A stretch of 64,000 nt of DNA from Octopus sinensis (lineage: Eukaryota), in contig NC_043001.1 of assembly GCF_006345805.1 (NCBI RefSeq), positions 15,562,001-15,626,000 of the forward strand. Direction: 5' to 3'. Numbering within the stretch: position 1 is the first letter of the stretch; each line of letters begins with the position of its first letter. Under the pieces are notes generated by a model, which worked only from the letters and a program-made list of their open reading frames with translations, had not been told where the DNA came from and ran no database searches. Position numbers and translations under genes: made by a program. Below, in pieces: positions 1 to 12,244 of the stretch.

Positions 1-610
1 AGAATGTTTTTTTATGCTAGTCCTGTCCGATCAACGCTGCTCTGGAGTTAAACAACAACAAAATTAACAAAAGCCATTAAAATATTAAAAAGCTTGGAAA
101 CTGAAATTTATTGACACTTATTCTCGTATAAAAAAACCGTTGTTTTATCTGGGTGAAAAAGTACACAACACCTACCCAGAATTTTGTTGAAAAATTATCA
201 ATTTTTTTTTTGTATAAAAAACTTTCTTTGTAATGTTAAAATTTCATTTAGCCAATAATATTTACATAAGTGGAAACAAACTACAAAATATACAACTACG
301 TATGAAAATCGTCACACACTCACACATACGTACGCGCTGAGGTATGTGTATTTGTGAATATGTATGATGTGATAAAAACGTAATTGCATGTATATGGTTG
401 TGTATGTAGAGTGAAATTACTCACAGGCACATAGGTATACAACTGCAAAATGCTTAGTGAATACGTATTCGTGTGTACAGTTATATAAACATTAAAAAAA
501 ACACGCACATATATGAGAGAGAGAGAGTATGCGTGTGTTTTGTTGAAACGGAAGATAGAGTACTCAACGCGTTTTGTAGAGTTTATATTGAGATAAAACT
601 TGACGTATTA

Positions 611-1350
611 GGATCTTTACTTTTTGACCGACAGATTTAAAAACTAATTTTCCTTAACTAAACACTTTGAAACTTCGTATACTGGTAGAATGTGTCATAC
701 AGAGCATCTTTTACTCTTAGCGTTGTTGAGAAAATTCTGTATATTGGAAGTTATTTTTTGTTAAAGTAGTCGTATTTCGGTAATTTCAACCAATCAATGA
801 CGTGTATTCAGCTGAATAAAATTACTGCTGTTGTTTGTCAACAACAACTTTCGGCGGTGTATATTTCGTTTGTCACTGTTATTTACGACATATTTCATCT
901 GTTTCGTTCGTATGAATAAACGAGTCTATCTGAAGCATGTTTACTTCATGACACCACCACAATCGTTCGTGCTTTATTTTTCATTTTTTCCCCGTAACTC
1001 TAACCATAAAACCCCAACCCTAAAACCTTAAAGCTAAAACCAGTACAAACGCACAAACGATGTCATAAATAACCGTGAAAAACGAAATATACACCGCCGA
1101 TAGTTGTTGTTGACAAACAACGGCAGTAATTTTATTCGGCTGAATACACGTCATTGATTGGTTGAAATAACCGAAATACGACTACTTTAACAAAAAATAA
1201 CTTCCAACATACAGAATTTTCTCAACAACGCCAAGAGTAAAAGATGTTTTATATGATACATTCTACCAGTGTCCGAAGTTTGAAAGTGTTTAGTTAGAAA
1301 AAAATTATTTTTTAAATCTGTCGGTCAAAAGGTAAAGATCCTCAGATCCT
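611..1350. mobile_element. Foldback/MITE-type non-autonomous DNA transposon with about 280-bp inverted arms
   Basis: 611-890 is the diverged reverse complement of 1061-1341 (GGATCTTTACTTTTTGACCGACAGATTT... / ...AAATCTGTCGGTCAAAAGGTAAAGATCC). CGTATTA direct repeat at 604-610 and 1351-1357. Spacer contains AACCC(T)-like repeats. Confidence 0.85.
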
Positions 1351-2049
1351 CGTATTACTTAAAATTTCAAACATATGAAAAAAAAGAAAAGAAAAAAAAG
1401 CCAGATCGTTCGAATGCTTGACTCTCTGGGTTAATCATCCGAACTCTTTCTGACTTTTGTGAAACTTTAACAATGTAATCTCAGTGAAAGTATTAAAGCG
1501 AATTATGTACACGTTTTTAGGCACAAATGAGGGAAAACGTATACGATGCATGTAGTTTATTTATTTGAAAGAAACTGAAAGTTTTCTCGCTGTCAGACGA
1601 GGACAACATCTTCCAAAACCCTTTGTAAAACTGAACGGTTCGTGTGTAGCGAGAACAATCTTTCGGATAAAATATATATTTGTGTATATATCAATACATA
1701 CATGTTTATATAGACATGTATATTTATATAAATGCATAGGCGCAATGTTTCTTTTTACTTTTTTTTTTGCCTTTTCTTTTCATAGAAACTAGAAAAGAAT
1801 GATTCATTTGAATATTGAGATATACAGCAAAAAAAGTCGTGTGTCGCGCGCGCACGCATACACACGCGCGTGAAAATACTGAGTTAAAAACCCTTTGGAT
1901 GGAAAAGGTCGAAGGGTGCCTGTGAAATATTTTCTATTGAAAAAGATTTTAACCTAATATTACTTCGATATTGACCGATCCTAAGTTTCTAAATTCTTAA
2001 GACATCTTTACATATATATATGTGTGTGTATATATATATATATATATAG

Positions 2050-2086
<37 letters not shown>

Positions 2087-2160
2087 AAATAATAGGAGAA
2101 ATCCAAAGGAACAATTGCAATGTAGCTAAAAGTTGCTTATGTGTCCCATATATATATATA

Positions 2161-2385
2161 CTTCTGTGTCTGGGGTGAGTCATTCTCTTTTAGTGGCTTA
2201 TAATTTAATACACCAGTAAAATTTCCACTTATTTGTTTTCTAAAATTTTCGTCAAAACTATTGAAAAGGTTGCAAGACGCAACGAAAATTTTAGAAAAAT
2301 AAAAAACAAATAAGTGGAAATATTACCGGTGAGTGTGTTGAATTATTAGGCACTAAAAGAGAATGACTCTTCCTTGACACAACGG
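2161..2385. mobile_element. Tc1/mariner-type MITE (TA-flanked, palindromic)
   Basis: Arms CTTCTGTGTCTGGGGTGAGTCATTCTCTTTTAGTG...TTTCCACTTATTTG versus CAAATAAGTGGAAA...CACTAAAAGAGAATGACTCTTCCTTGACACAACGG; TA on both sides. A right-half homologue lies at about 51808-51935. Confidence 0.7.
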
Positions 2386-3689
2386 TAACTCACATAAGGA
2401 ATCTGGCAAACCAAATCCAAAAGCGAAATATATATATATATATATAAAAGAATATTTTGCGTAATAAGATAAAAAGAAATCAAGGCTGTATAGATATTAG
2501 AGCATCTATAAATGCTCTAATATCTATACAGCCTTGGTTTTTTAAATCTTATTATGCAGAATATTCTTATACACATACGCTGACATAGAACCAACGTTTA
2601 ACCCTTTATTCGCAATATTACCGAATCTGGATCTTAACTATGGTCTGTCTATAGCACTTATTCAGCATTACCTGACACCTTTGGGTCTCAATGATACCAT
2701 TATCTCATATATATATATAGTTCCGTCTCGTGTAAACTTGTGTATTCTCATCCAAAATGGAGATGAGTACCAATACTCCCATGTGGCACGCTCGAGCAAT
2801 TGTGAAGATATCTTTGCATGAAAGCATTGGTTGCCTTGTTAGTCCACAAATAAAGTGTATACGTGCGTGTGTGTAAAAGGAGTCTTCTGTCATGTAGGAG
2901 AGACAATGATGGGAGAAGTAAAGATGACAGTGGAATGATTAACAGCTGAGGATGTCATCATCCTTGACATTGTGTGATGGAGAATCAAGGAATAGGGTTA
3001 AAAACAAAACAAAAGAAAAACCAAAATTCTAAAGACACATGCGAAGACAATTTTTTTTTTCTGGTAGTCGCAGTTGCCATGGCAATGTTGAATGGGTTAA
3101 GTCCAGTCATCGCTGAGGGTCTTAAGTAAATGGATCTCCGGTTTAGAAGATGGCGATTAAATAAGTACCAGTTACGCACTGGAGTCGATATAGTCGACTT
3201 AATCAGTCTGTCTGTCCTTGTTTGTCTCCTCTGTGTTTAGCCCCTTGTGGGTAGTAAAGAAATGGTACTTATTTAATCGACCCCGAAAGGATAAAAGGCA
3301 AAGTGGACCTCGGCGGAATTTGAACTCAGAACGTAACGGAAGACGAAATACTGCTACACATTTCGCTCGGCGTGCTAACGTTTCTGCCAGCTCGCCGCCT
3401 TAAATGGGACAATACCAGTCTTCCAATAACAGAGCTAAAAGCACTGTACATGTCAGGAAAACATAATCTTATTCCATCCAGTAAACCTCAACACAAGTAG
3501 ACCTACGATCGAGGAGACTTCAGAGGAATTTGAACTCGGAACGTAATAGCAATTACATGGCATTTTAACCAACGTCTACTAATCCACACCGTCTTGCGCT
3601 TCTTCTCCTACATTACCAAAACAAATAACTTCCGAAAACTTGGCACTGTTTAATTATTAGAACCTGCAGCAATCGTATTGCACCATGTA

Positions 3690-4660
3690 CACGTTTGTAA
3701 ATCTACGGGTTGCATCCAGGTCTACACTATGTACTCCGGGCGGCTCTTCCCAAAAACCACGTCAACTCATATTATGCACAGATAATACACGTCCACAGCT
3801 AACTCCTGTTCTCGTTAAAATCTTCCAATCTCCCGATATATCCAGATCTTTGCGAGCACAATCTAGCGTGTCTCGTTCCCAAGAAAGGCAAATTCTCTGA
3901 CTTTGCCAACCACCGTCCGGTCGTGCTCCTTTCTAGCTTCGAGACCACAATTAAACAATAACCTCCTCAAACGCCCCCAAATTTTCTTCATTCTTTAATG
4001 TCAACCAGTAATGGGTTTTGTATTATTAGATCTGCCGGTAAATCTGCATCTTGTTGCAACAAATCTACAGACACATCCAAATCTACACTACATACTCCGG
4101 GTGGCTCTTCCCTAAAACTACTTCAACCTCTATTACACTCACACCATCACTTAACCCTTTGTCTGTCCAAAGCATTTTCAGAAGTCTGTTCTAAACGTTC
4201 ATGTTTGTTTTCAGGACCTTTAGTTAGCCTTTTGTTTCTTTCCATTAGCCCCAAGATATTCTAGCGGTTGAAAACACAAAAACAAAAATAAACTGGAAAC
4301 ATGTATCATATATGACGCATGGACACCATGGAGATATGTTTCGTGTATCACGTGATACAGAAGACCGTTTGGTTAGAATACAACTCTCAGCAGCACTGAA
4401 GATCTCTCCTGACGAACGCACTTTTTCAACACGGCAACGACATTTCCTCTTCAAATTCAGAAACTACATCTGGCCCCTATTAATTCCTAACCACTACAAA
4501 GCTTACGAAAGGCACACAATGGCATACTGTTCTCATATCTGGGAGAATGCTTCTGTTGCTGCTGCTGCTTCTTCCAATCAGGACTCACGCCATTAGCCAC
4601 AAAGAATAATCTCTCATTCGAGCCTACTCTAAGCTACTAAAAATGCGTGTGGAAACTTGA
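3690..4660 (+). pseudogene. Decayed CR1/Jockey-clade LINE reverse transcriptase fragments (partly duplicated)
   Basis: Frames give PQLTPVLVKIFQ, CLVPKKGKFSDFANHRPVVLLSSFE (RT motif IPKKG..S...NYRPISLLS) and YKAYERHTMAYCSHIWENAS (post-RT YK..IRP.MEYCS.IW). Stops and frameshifts present; 3700-3850 is repeated at about 4060-4210. Confidence 0.75.
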
Positions 4661-5823
4661 GTATCCACCCACCACACGTGATAAACTGGCGGTTGCACGG
4701 GCGCGAAAGCTACGTTGTTATCCTCATATCGTAAACGGTGGAGGATAACACCGTTTTAACGGGTGGAGAGCTGAACCATCCTGGGGTACAGAGGATTCGC
4801 AATCTAGACTAGGCGTCTGAGAGTTTACCACACCATAGTTCCTCTGCTTTGTGGCAGAAGTAGGAAGAGAGAGTGACAGAAAGTTATGGTGAAAGAGTAC
4901 AGCGGGGTTCACCACTACCTCCTGCCGGAGCCGCGTGGTGTTTTTGCTCAATAAACACTCACAATGCCCGGTCTGGCAATCGAAACCGCGTTCTTACGAC
5001 CGCGAGTCCACTGGCCTAACCACTGGGCCATTGCGCCTCCTGTGCTGTACACATAGACTCTCAAATCACATCTATAGAAAAGCCACTGAAGCGATTGATG
5101 TGAAAACGTTCACAATCACTCCATCCGATCTCTGACCGAGGCCCACTGTCTCCATTTTGTCTTTTCTACTTCGATTAGTGAACTCTGCTCTATAAAGACG
5201 GCTGTTCACATGACCTCCCATTCTGGACTTACTTGTCACACATAATGTCAACCACCACCCTGGGCCCACATCTACATCCAGTTCTTCCTCTTCAAAACGT
5301 TGGTCTTGTGGAACTCTGTCTTTCTGCAGCCATTAAGTTTAATGAGTTTAACCGAAACGTTAATATCAACAATAGTACCAATCTTCGAGGGTTATGGACA
5401 TGGCCCCTTTTCTCTAGGGCAAGCCAATATAAACACACACACACACATACAAAAAAGCTTTTACATAAGACACGGCTAAATCTTCCAATCTGTCTTTAAA
5501 GATGGGTACTTCCATTGGATATTGTAGTTCTAGATATGTCACGACTCCCAATGTGATGGGATGGTCACCACCAGAAAGCTTTTGATCATAAGTTTCTTAG
5601 ATCAGGAAACAAAAAGGAAACCATGGTGCCTACAGAAAAGACTCACAGGATCCACAAGCTTCTCATTTAAGCAGGGAAAATGGATTGAAAATGTGATGTA
5701 AGTAACTTGCTTCCCAACCATATGGTTCTGGGTTCAGTCCCAATGCATGGCACCTTGGGTAAGCATCTTCTACTATGGTTTCGGGCTGACAAAAATTGAA
5801 AGAAGCCCATCATATATATATAT

Positions 5824-6122
5824 CACCGTGACCGAACAGGCTATCAGATATTGCTACACATCGCAAGTCACAATCTGCTTCGCATTGTTTTAGCCTTCAA
5901 ATGACGCCACCCTGCTGGCTAAGCGAGCAGGCCAACAGAAGAAAGAGTGAGAGAAAGTTGTGGTGAAAGAGTACAGCAGGGATCGCCACCACCCCCTGCC
6001 GGAGCCTCGTGCAGCTTTAGGTGTTTTCGCTCAGTAAACACTCACAAGGCCCGGTCTGGGAATTGAAACCGCGATCCTCTGACCGTGAGTCCGCTGCCCT
6101 AACCACTGGGCCATTGTGCCTT
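5824..6122 (-). mobile_element. Family E tRNA-derived SINE nested inside a family B SINE (B head 5695-5812, B tail 6165-6395)
   Basis: Minus-strand head GGCCCAGTGGTTAGGGCAGCGGACTCACGGTC...GGTTTCAATTCCC. Partial copies at 4850-5040, 16720-16852 and 41660-41780. Confidence 0.8.
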
Positions 6123-6835
6123 AACATATATGTGTGTGTATACATATACATATATATATGTATGTAATTGTGTGTAGTTGTTCCCCCATCATCACTTGGC
6201 AACCAATGCTGGTGTGTTTATGTTCCCGCAACTTAGCAGTTCGACAAAAGGAAGATAGAATAAGCACTAGGCTTACAAAGAATAAGTCTTGGGGTTGATT
6301 ACTTCGACAAAAGAAAAAAAAATCCTCTAAGGTGGTGCTCCAGCATGGCCGCAGTCAACTGACTGAAACGTGTAAATGAATATAAAAATAAAAGAACTAT
6401 GGATAGGAATAGTAACATCACAGTTGTTAACCCCTAAAGATCCATCTCTGAACATAACCAGACATTCTGGCTGTGGTGGTTCCCTCTTTCCTGGCAGTTT
6501 ATCTTAGATTACAATCATCAAGTCCTTTATCTTATCTTTTTTTTTTTAAAGATGAGACAAATGTGATTTGAGAGATTTGACAGCTATTTCTAGCAGGTTG
6601 ACTGATTGCACAGAGGCTCTCTCTCAAATATGTTTTTAAGGATGGTGGAGTTAGATGGGAAAAAGTTAGAATTATTATAAGAAAAAGCAGGAGGAACAAG
6701 TGCAAGAATGATTCTAAGAAGAGTTGGTATTAAATGGCTGAGGTCAGCAACACTTTGAAGAATAAAAATCTAAAGAGTTTCTTAACTAGCTTTCTTTTAT
6801 GACAAAGGAGAGAAAAATGTTATGAGATCCTTTTC

Positions 6836-7215
6836 TACTCTAGGCATAAGGCCCAAAATTTTAGGGGAGGGGGCCAGTCGATTAGATCGACCCCAGTATG
6901 CAACTGGTACTTAATTTATCAACCCTGAAAGGATGAAAGACAAAGTGGACCTTGATGGAATTCAAACTAAGAACGTAAAGACAGACGTAGTACCTATTTC
7001 TTTACTACTCACAAGGGGCTAAACACAGAGAGGACAAACGGATTAAGTCGATTACATCGACCCCAGTGCGTAACTGGTACTTATTTAATTGACCCCGAAA
7101 GGATGAAAGGCAAAGTTGACCTCGGCGGAATTTGAACTCAGAACGTAACGGCAGACGATATTCCACTAAGCATTTCGCCCGGTGTGCTAACGAATCTGCC
7201 AGCTTGTCGCCTTAC
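6836..7215 (-). mobile_element. Family A dimeric SINE
   Basis: Two central domains joined at ...GAAATAGGTACTACGTCTGTC.... The same architecture occurs at 25725-26070, 58510-58910 and 61885-62275. Confidence 0.8.
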
Positions 7216-7702
7216 AAAAATGTTATGAGATCTATGGCATTAAAACTTGACTTTTTAAGTCTCAGAGAAATACCTGGAATCACAGACCAAAATCTTTCTT
7301 AAATATGGAATGATCTTGGTTTCTGTATTATAAGATCATTTAATTTGGATATGAGATCCCTTAACTTCTAATTTAAAGAGATTTTTTTTAAACCTTTCAA
7401 CATTCAGATTATTGCGTTAAATGTAAAGCTTATTCACATTGTCTTGAATTAATCATGCATGATAAATGTGATTGCTTATTTTAAGAATGACATTGTAGGG
7501 TAGGTGTGAGAGGCTGCATCTGGCTGGTTTGAACATAGAACGGGTAGAATATCTGAGCTGGATTGGGTTAGTTTAAATGCTGAAGGATTAAAGCATGAGA
7601 CTTTTTGAATAGATTCCAATGAAATAGAAAATCACAAAATGACAAACTTAGCAGGGCTTTGGTGAGGAGACATTGAGAGAAATTATGAACATACATAGGC
7701 AT

Positions 7703-8027
7703 AGGAGTGGCTGTGTGGTAAGTAGCTTGTTTACCAACCACATGGTTCCGGGTTCAGTCCCACTGCATGACACCTTGGGCAAGTGTCTTCTACTATAGCC
7801 TTGTGAGTGGATTTGGTAGACAGAAACTGAAAGAAGCCCGTCGTATATATATATATATATATATATATGTGCTTGACAACCGATGCTGGTGTGTTTACGT
7901 CCCTGTAACTTAGAGACCGATAGAAGAAGTACTAGGCTTACAAAGAATAAGTCTTGGGGTCGATTTACTCGACTAAAATTGGTGCTCCAGCATGGCCACA
8001 GTCAAATGACTGAAACAAGTAAAAGAG
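7703..8027 (+). mobile_element. Family B tRNA-derived SINE (CORE-like central region, internal (TA)n); representative copy
   Basis: Head GGAGTGGCTGTGTGGTAAGTAGCTTG...GGTTCAGTCCCACTG (A/B-box-like), CACCTTGGGCAAGTGTCTTC, tail ...GGTGCTCCAGCATGGCC.CAGTCAAATGACTGAAACAAGTAAAAGAG. More than 10 copies in the window. Confidence 0.85.
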
Positions 8028-8457
8028 TATACAAAAAAAAAAAAGAAAAAAAGATGAGAAGAATGAAGACAATAGCAGCAGAAGTGTGTATTGTATACCA
8101 ACTTTGTGAGTGTAACTGATATCACAGCTCAACTGATTGGTTATTCACCTGAGTTCAAACTGTTCATGGAAAGCACATCATAGCAGCGGTCTTATGTTTG
8201 TATGTTAGAAAGGAAAATGCTACAAGTAGTTGTTGGTGGTAATCTGTTGTACCAATGAAAAACACACAAAAAGAAGAAGGGTTTTGTAGTAGAATTGCAG
8301 AGGATCAGGACAGTCCATTGGTTGAACAGATAATGTTTCAGCAAAGACACAACCAGTCTCTTTTCTCTGGTATCTGTCATCTTTAGATGGTTTTAATACA
8401 ATAGTATGATTTAACCCTTTTGTTACCAACCCGGCTGAGTGAATCCACTGATATTTC

Positions 8458-8835
8458 ATCATCATCATTGTTTAATGTCCATTTTCCATGCTAGTATGGG
8501 TTGGACAGTTCGACTGGGGTCTGGGAAGCCAGGCTCCAGTCTGATCTGGCAGCGTTTCTACAGCTGGATGCCCTTCCTAACGCCAACCACTCCATGAGTG
8601 TAGTGGGTGCTTTTTACGTTCCACCGGCATAGAGGCCAGAGGAGGCTGGCAACATCCACTATCGGTTGGTGCTTTTTACGTGCCACCGGCACGGACGCCA
8701 GTCAAGGTGGTGCTGGTATCAGCCACGTTCGGATGGTGCTTTTTACATGCCACCAGCATGGAAGCTAGTCAAGATGGCGCTGGCATTAGCCACGTTTGGA
8801 TGGTGTTTTTTACATGCTACCAGCATGGGTATCAC
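8458..8835 (-). mobile_element. Family D SINE-like element (V-SINE-like GGAAGGGCATCCAGCTGTA core, (ATG)n tail, internal 60-66-bp repeats)
   Basis: Same core as the copies at 12245, 17690, 19545, 20190, 27225 and 51970 (same orientation) and at 22770 and 46800 (opposite orientation). Confidence 0.75.
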
Positions 8836-9324
8836 AACTACAATTTCCATTTGATTTTTATTTTGATGTTGATGTACATGACTCAATAGGTATCCTCAAG
8901 CACAGCAGGTCACCCTACGTTCCAAGGTAAGCAGAGCAGGCCGTCCTGTGAGCCATGAACTCAAGAGTCCATAGAAATCCAAAATTATGGTTAAGAAAGT
9001 AATTTAAATGTGAATTTCAGTACAAATCTCATCAGTACTTGATTTCATTTCCTAAATAGTTGAGTTACGGTATCTGACATTGGTTGATGTGGTATCTGAG
9101 CTGTGTTGTTTTCATCTTTTAAAATAGATAACAGTTTCGTGCTATCAAGCAGGGATTCTGAATTTGAGGGCTTTTTCAACAGAAGATATGAAGAAATCAA
9201 GCAAATGTAAGCATGTTTGAAGAGATCACTATGGAAACAAACTGATGCACAGAAAGTAAATAAACCAAGAAAAAAAAAAAAACAACCTGTAGTTTACATG
9301 TAAAAATAAAAAGTAAATGTGCCC

Positions 9325-9560
9325 TTTTAAAGCCTAGCCAGGCTCATGGGCCTGGTTTCTGTGGCGTATGTGTTCCCCCCAGCTGGATGAGACATCAGTC
9401 CATCGCAGCGTTACTCATTTTTGCCAGCTGAGTAGACTGGAGCAACGTGAAATGAAGTGCTTTGCTCAAGAACACAATGCGTCGCCTGGTCCGGGAATTG
9501 AAACCACAATCTTACGATCATGGTGCTGACACCCTAACCACTAAGCCACATGCCTCCACT
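9325..9560 (-). mobile_element. Family F tRNA-derived SINE (CORE-like GTGTTCTTGAGCAAAGCACTTCATTTC region)
   Basis: Minus-strand head GGCTTAGTGGTTAGGGTGTCAG...GGTTTCAATTCCCGG. Related pieces at 41270-41460, 41830-41965 and 47520-47720. Confidence 0.75.
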
Positions 9561-12244
9561 GGTTTACATGTATTTACCTGTAATTAGAGTCACTTTGAGA
9601 CAGAAGTTATGCAATAGAATTGATTAAGAACCTTTTCTTCACTTGTGGACTAAAAAATCACATTAATATATTGATAAATAAAATAGTTACAGTTGTTTAA
9701 TGAAACCAGTCTAAATTCGTGATGATTTTAGATTTTAATTGGAACTCATAATGGGTGTGTTTTACTTAGAAATATATTAAGGAAAAGGTTAATGGAAATG
9801 TAGCTATTGTTTCTAGCAGGTCAAGTGGCCACCTCACCTGTCTTCGTCTTTTGTTTTTTTCTTAAACTCTCCCTGTATTGATAAATAACTCAGATGAGAT
9901 CAAGTCAAAGAATAATCAAAATTCAGACACTTGCAAGACGGTAATAATTCCTAAAAGATATTAGGGGGTGCAAACCAAAGTTATAACACATTAAGGTAAT
10001 GGGGTTAATAAAAGATGTGAAGGGGAAATATATTTGAAAGACATGAGAATAGCTCTGAATCTGCATTTGTGTCAATAAAAAGAGGGGCATGTTTATAAAT
10101 ATTGGGACATTTGGATTCTAGAAACATCTTAGGACAGTATAAATTTAAGTGGAAATCTCCTAATGAAATTTTTTTCCAATATTTAAAAAATTTGCTAAAT
10201 GATTCATTAATGTCCAAAAGAATATGAACATGAACACAAGTGGCTGAAGTAGGGTTCATCTCAGGAAGTGGCTCTTAACCATTTTATACCTATGGACCCC
10301 TCAGATTCGTGTTTTACTCAGCTGGGCCCTCATGGCTATTTGATGTTTAAAAAATCCCATTATACTTTCATAATTAAATATCTCATTATACCTTCATAAT
10401 TAAATATCCTTTTCTACTGTAGGCACAAGGGTTATAATAAGGGCTTAGAAAATTTTCTAGCCTATATGCTGAGAAATAGACAGTCTATTTCTCAGCACAT
10501 AGGTTAGAAAATTTTTCTCTAAGTCCTTATTATAATTATACATAAAATTTTTTCACCTTAATCACTTTCATTTTATATGCTGGCAACTGATGAAACTTAA
10601 AGTTTTATCCTCATTTATATATAAGCTTCTTCAGTTTCTGTCCACTAATTTTATTCACAAGATATTGTTCGATGTGTGGCTATAGTGCTAGACAACAGTA
10701 AACAATGTTCAAGCAATAAAATTGAAACCCTAACCAAATGGTTCCAAAGTGAAGTTCTTAACTACACAGCCATGCCTTGGCTCACTGTTAACCAACAAAA
10801 TTCTCACTAAATTCTTGATTATTTTCAAAATTAATTGCAATACACAGACAGTGGTTAAGGAGGTGTTAATTCATTCAATGATAGCTGCCAGAGAGAGAGA
10901 GAGAGAGAATGTCTGGTTTCGTTTTAATTAGTTATTTTAGCAAATTTAGATAATTGCATCTTACCTAACTAAATTGCTTTTGCTAACAGTAATCATTTAA
11001 CCATGAAGTAGGTGTGGTCGATGCAGTCACTAGATATTGTATGCACAGCCAGACACCTGGTCTCACTCAATATGGAGAGCAAAATGTGAAGTTTTTGTAA
11101 ACACAGTGAAAAAAAAAAAAATTATGAAATAGCGCAACCACAGAAACAGTGGTGGTCTTAGAGACAGTTGGTAACAAAACCTAACTCAATTAAGACCACT
11201 ACTAATTCTTTAACATAAAAAACAACCCATTCTGAAGTGTTGGTACTTAAAATAGTTTTTCGTCTTTCTAACAAGTGAATTGTTAAACAAGATGAAGGTC
11301 ACTATATTACGCTTTAGAAATGGTTAAATTTAATTGACAAATGTGTTTACGTACATGCGTGTCTGTTTACAAATTTGTGCCTCTCAGAAAGTTTCTAAGC
11401 TGCAAGTGATGTTGTTTTCGAGTTAACAAATTATCTGCTGGCTTTGAGACTTGTAAGATGTATGGAACAAGAGATCTTGTACTTGAAAATCAGATAATTG
11501 TTGGCAATAAGGAGAATATTCTTATGTAAAACAAAGCTTCTAATAATGCTTGTTAGTTTTTGACATTTCTTTTACCATGCTAGCATTGGTTAGACTTGAA
11601 CATTTTACTAACCACTCCAACTTCTTGTTTAAACTGAAATTTATCAACAACCATAGATAGTATACTCCCATTAGAAATATAGTCAGGGGAGGTTTAAGGC
11701 AATATTGAGGGATGAGTGAAGCCTGTTTATTTATAGAGGAATTAAGCTATGAGGTAACTTTTCTGAATTTGCCAACTACTGGCCTGTTTATTAGTCTACT
11801 CTTTATATAATATACATTATATGGCCTGGTGGTTAGGTGAGTTGCCCTCATGATTAGGAGATTGTGGTTTTGATTGCTTCCCAACCATGTGGATCTAGGT
11901 TCAGTCCCACTGCACAGCTCCTTGCAAGTTGATTTCATAGATGGAAACTGAAAGAAGCATGTTGTGTATGTACCTCGACATCAAATGAGTATAAATGTCA
12001 TACAAGTGATAGTGTTTGTTACCAGTCTTCTGTGAGGAACATGCCTGCCCAAAACAAAATATTATGTTGCATGGAAACAGGTAAGAGTTGGGGACAGGAA
12101 GAGCATCTAGCCATAAAAGATTTCCTCAAAGAATTTAATCAACTCCAGTCAAACCATCCATCCCAGGCCAGCATGGAGAGTGTACATTAAATGATAATGA
12201 TATAAGAGTGACAGAAATGATATTAATACTGAGGTGTGTGTGTG

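Noticed and set aside
9015-9060. CTGATGA...GAAA on the minus strand (similar partial hits near 23960-23990 and 46436)
   Set aside because: Stem II cannot pair, or GAAA/NUH is missing; consistent with chance.
5824-9560. tRNA-like sequences with A/B boxes (many sites in the window)
   Set aside because: They are SINE heads: they continue into repeat bodies and lack a complete cloverleaf and acceptor stem.
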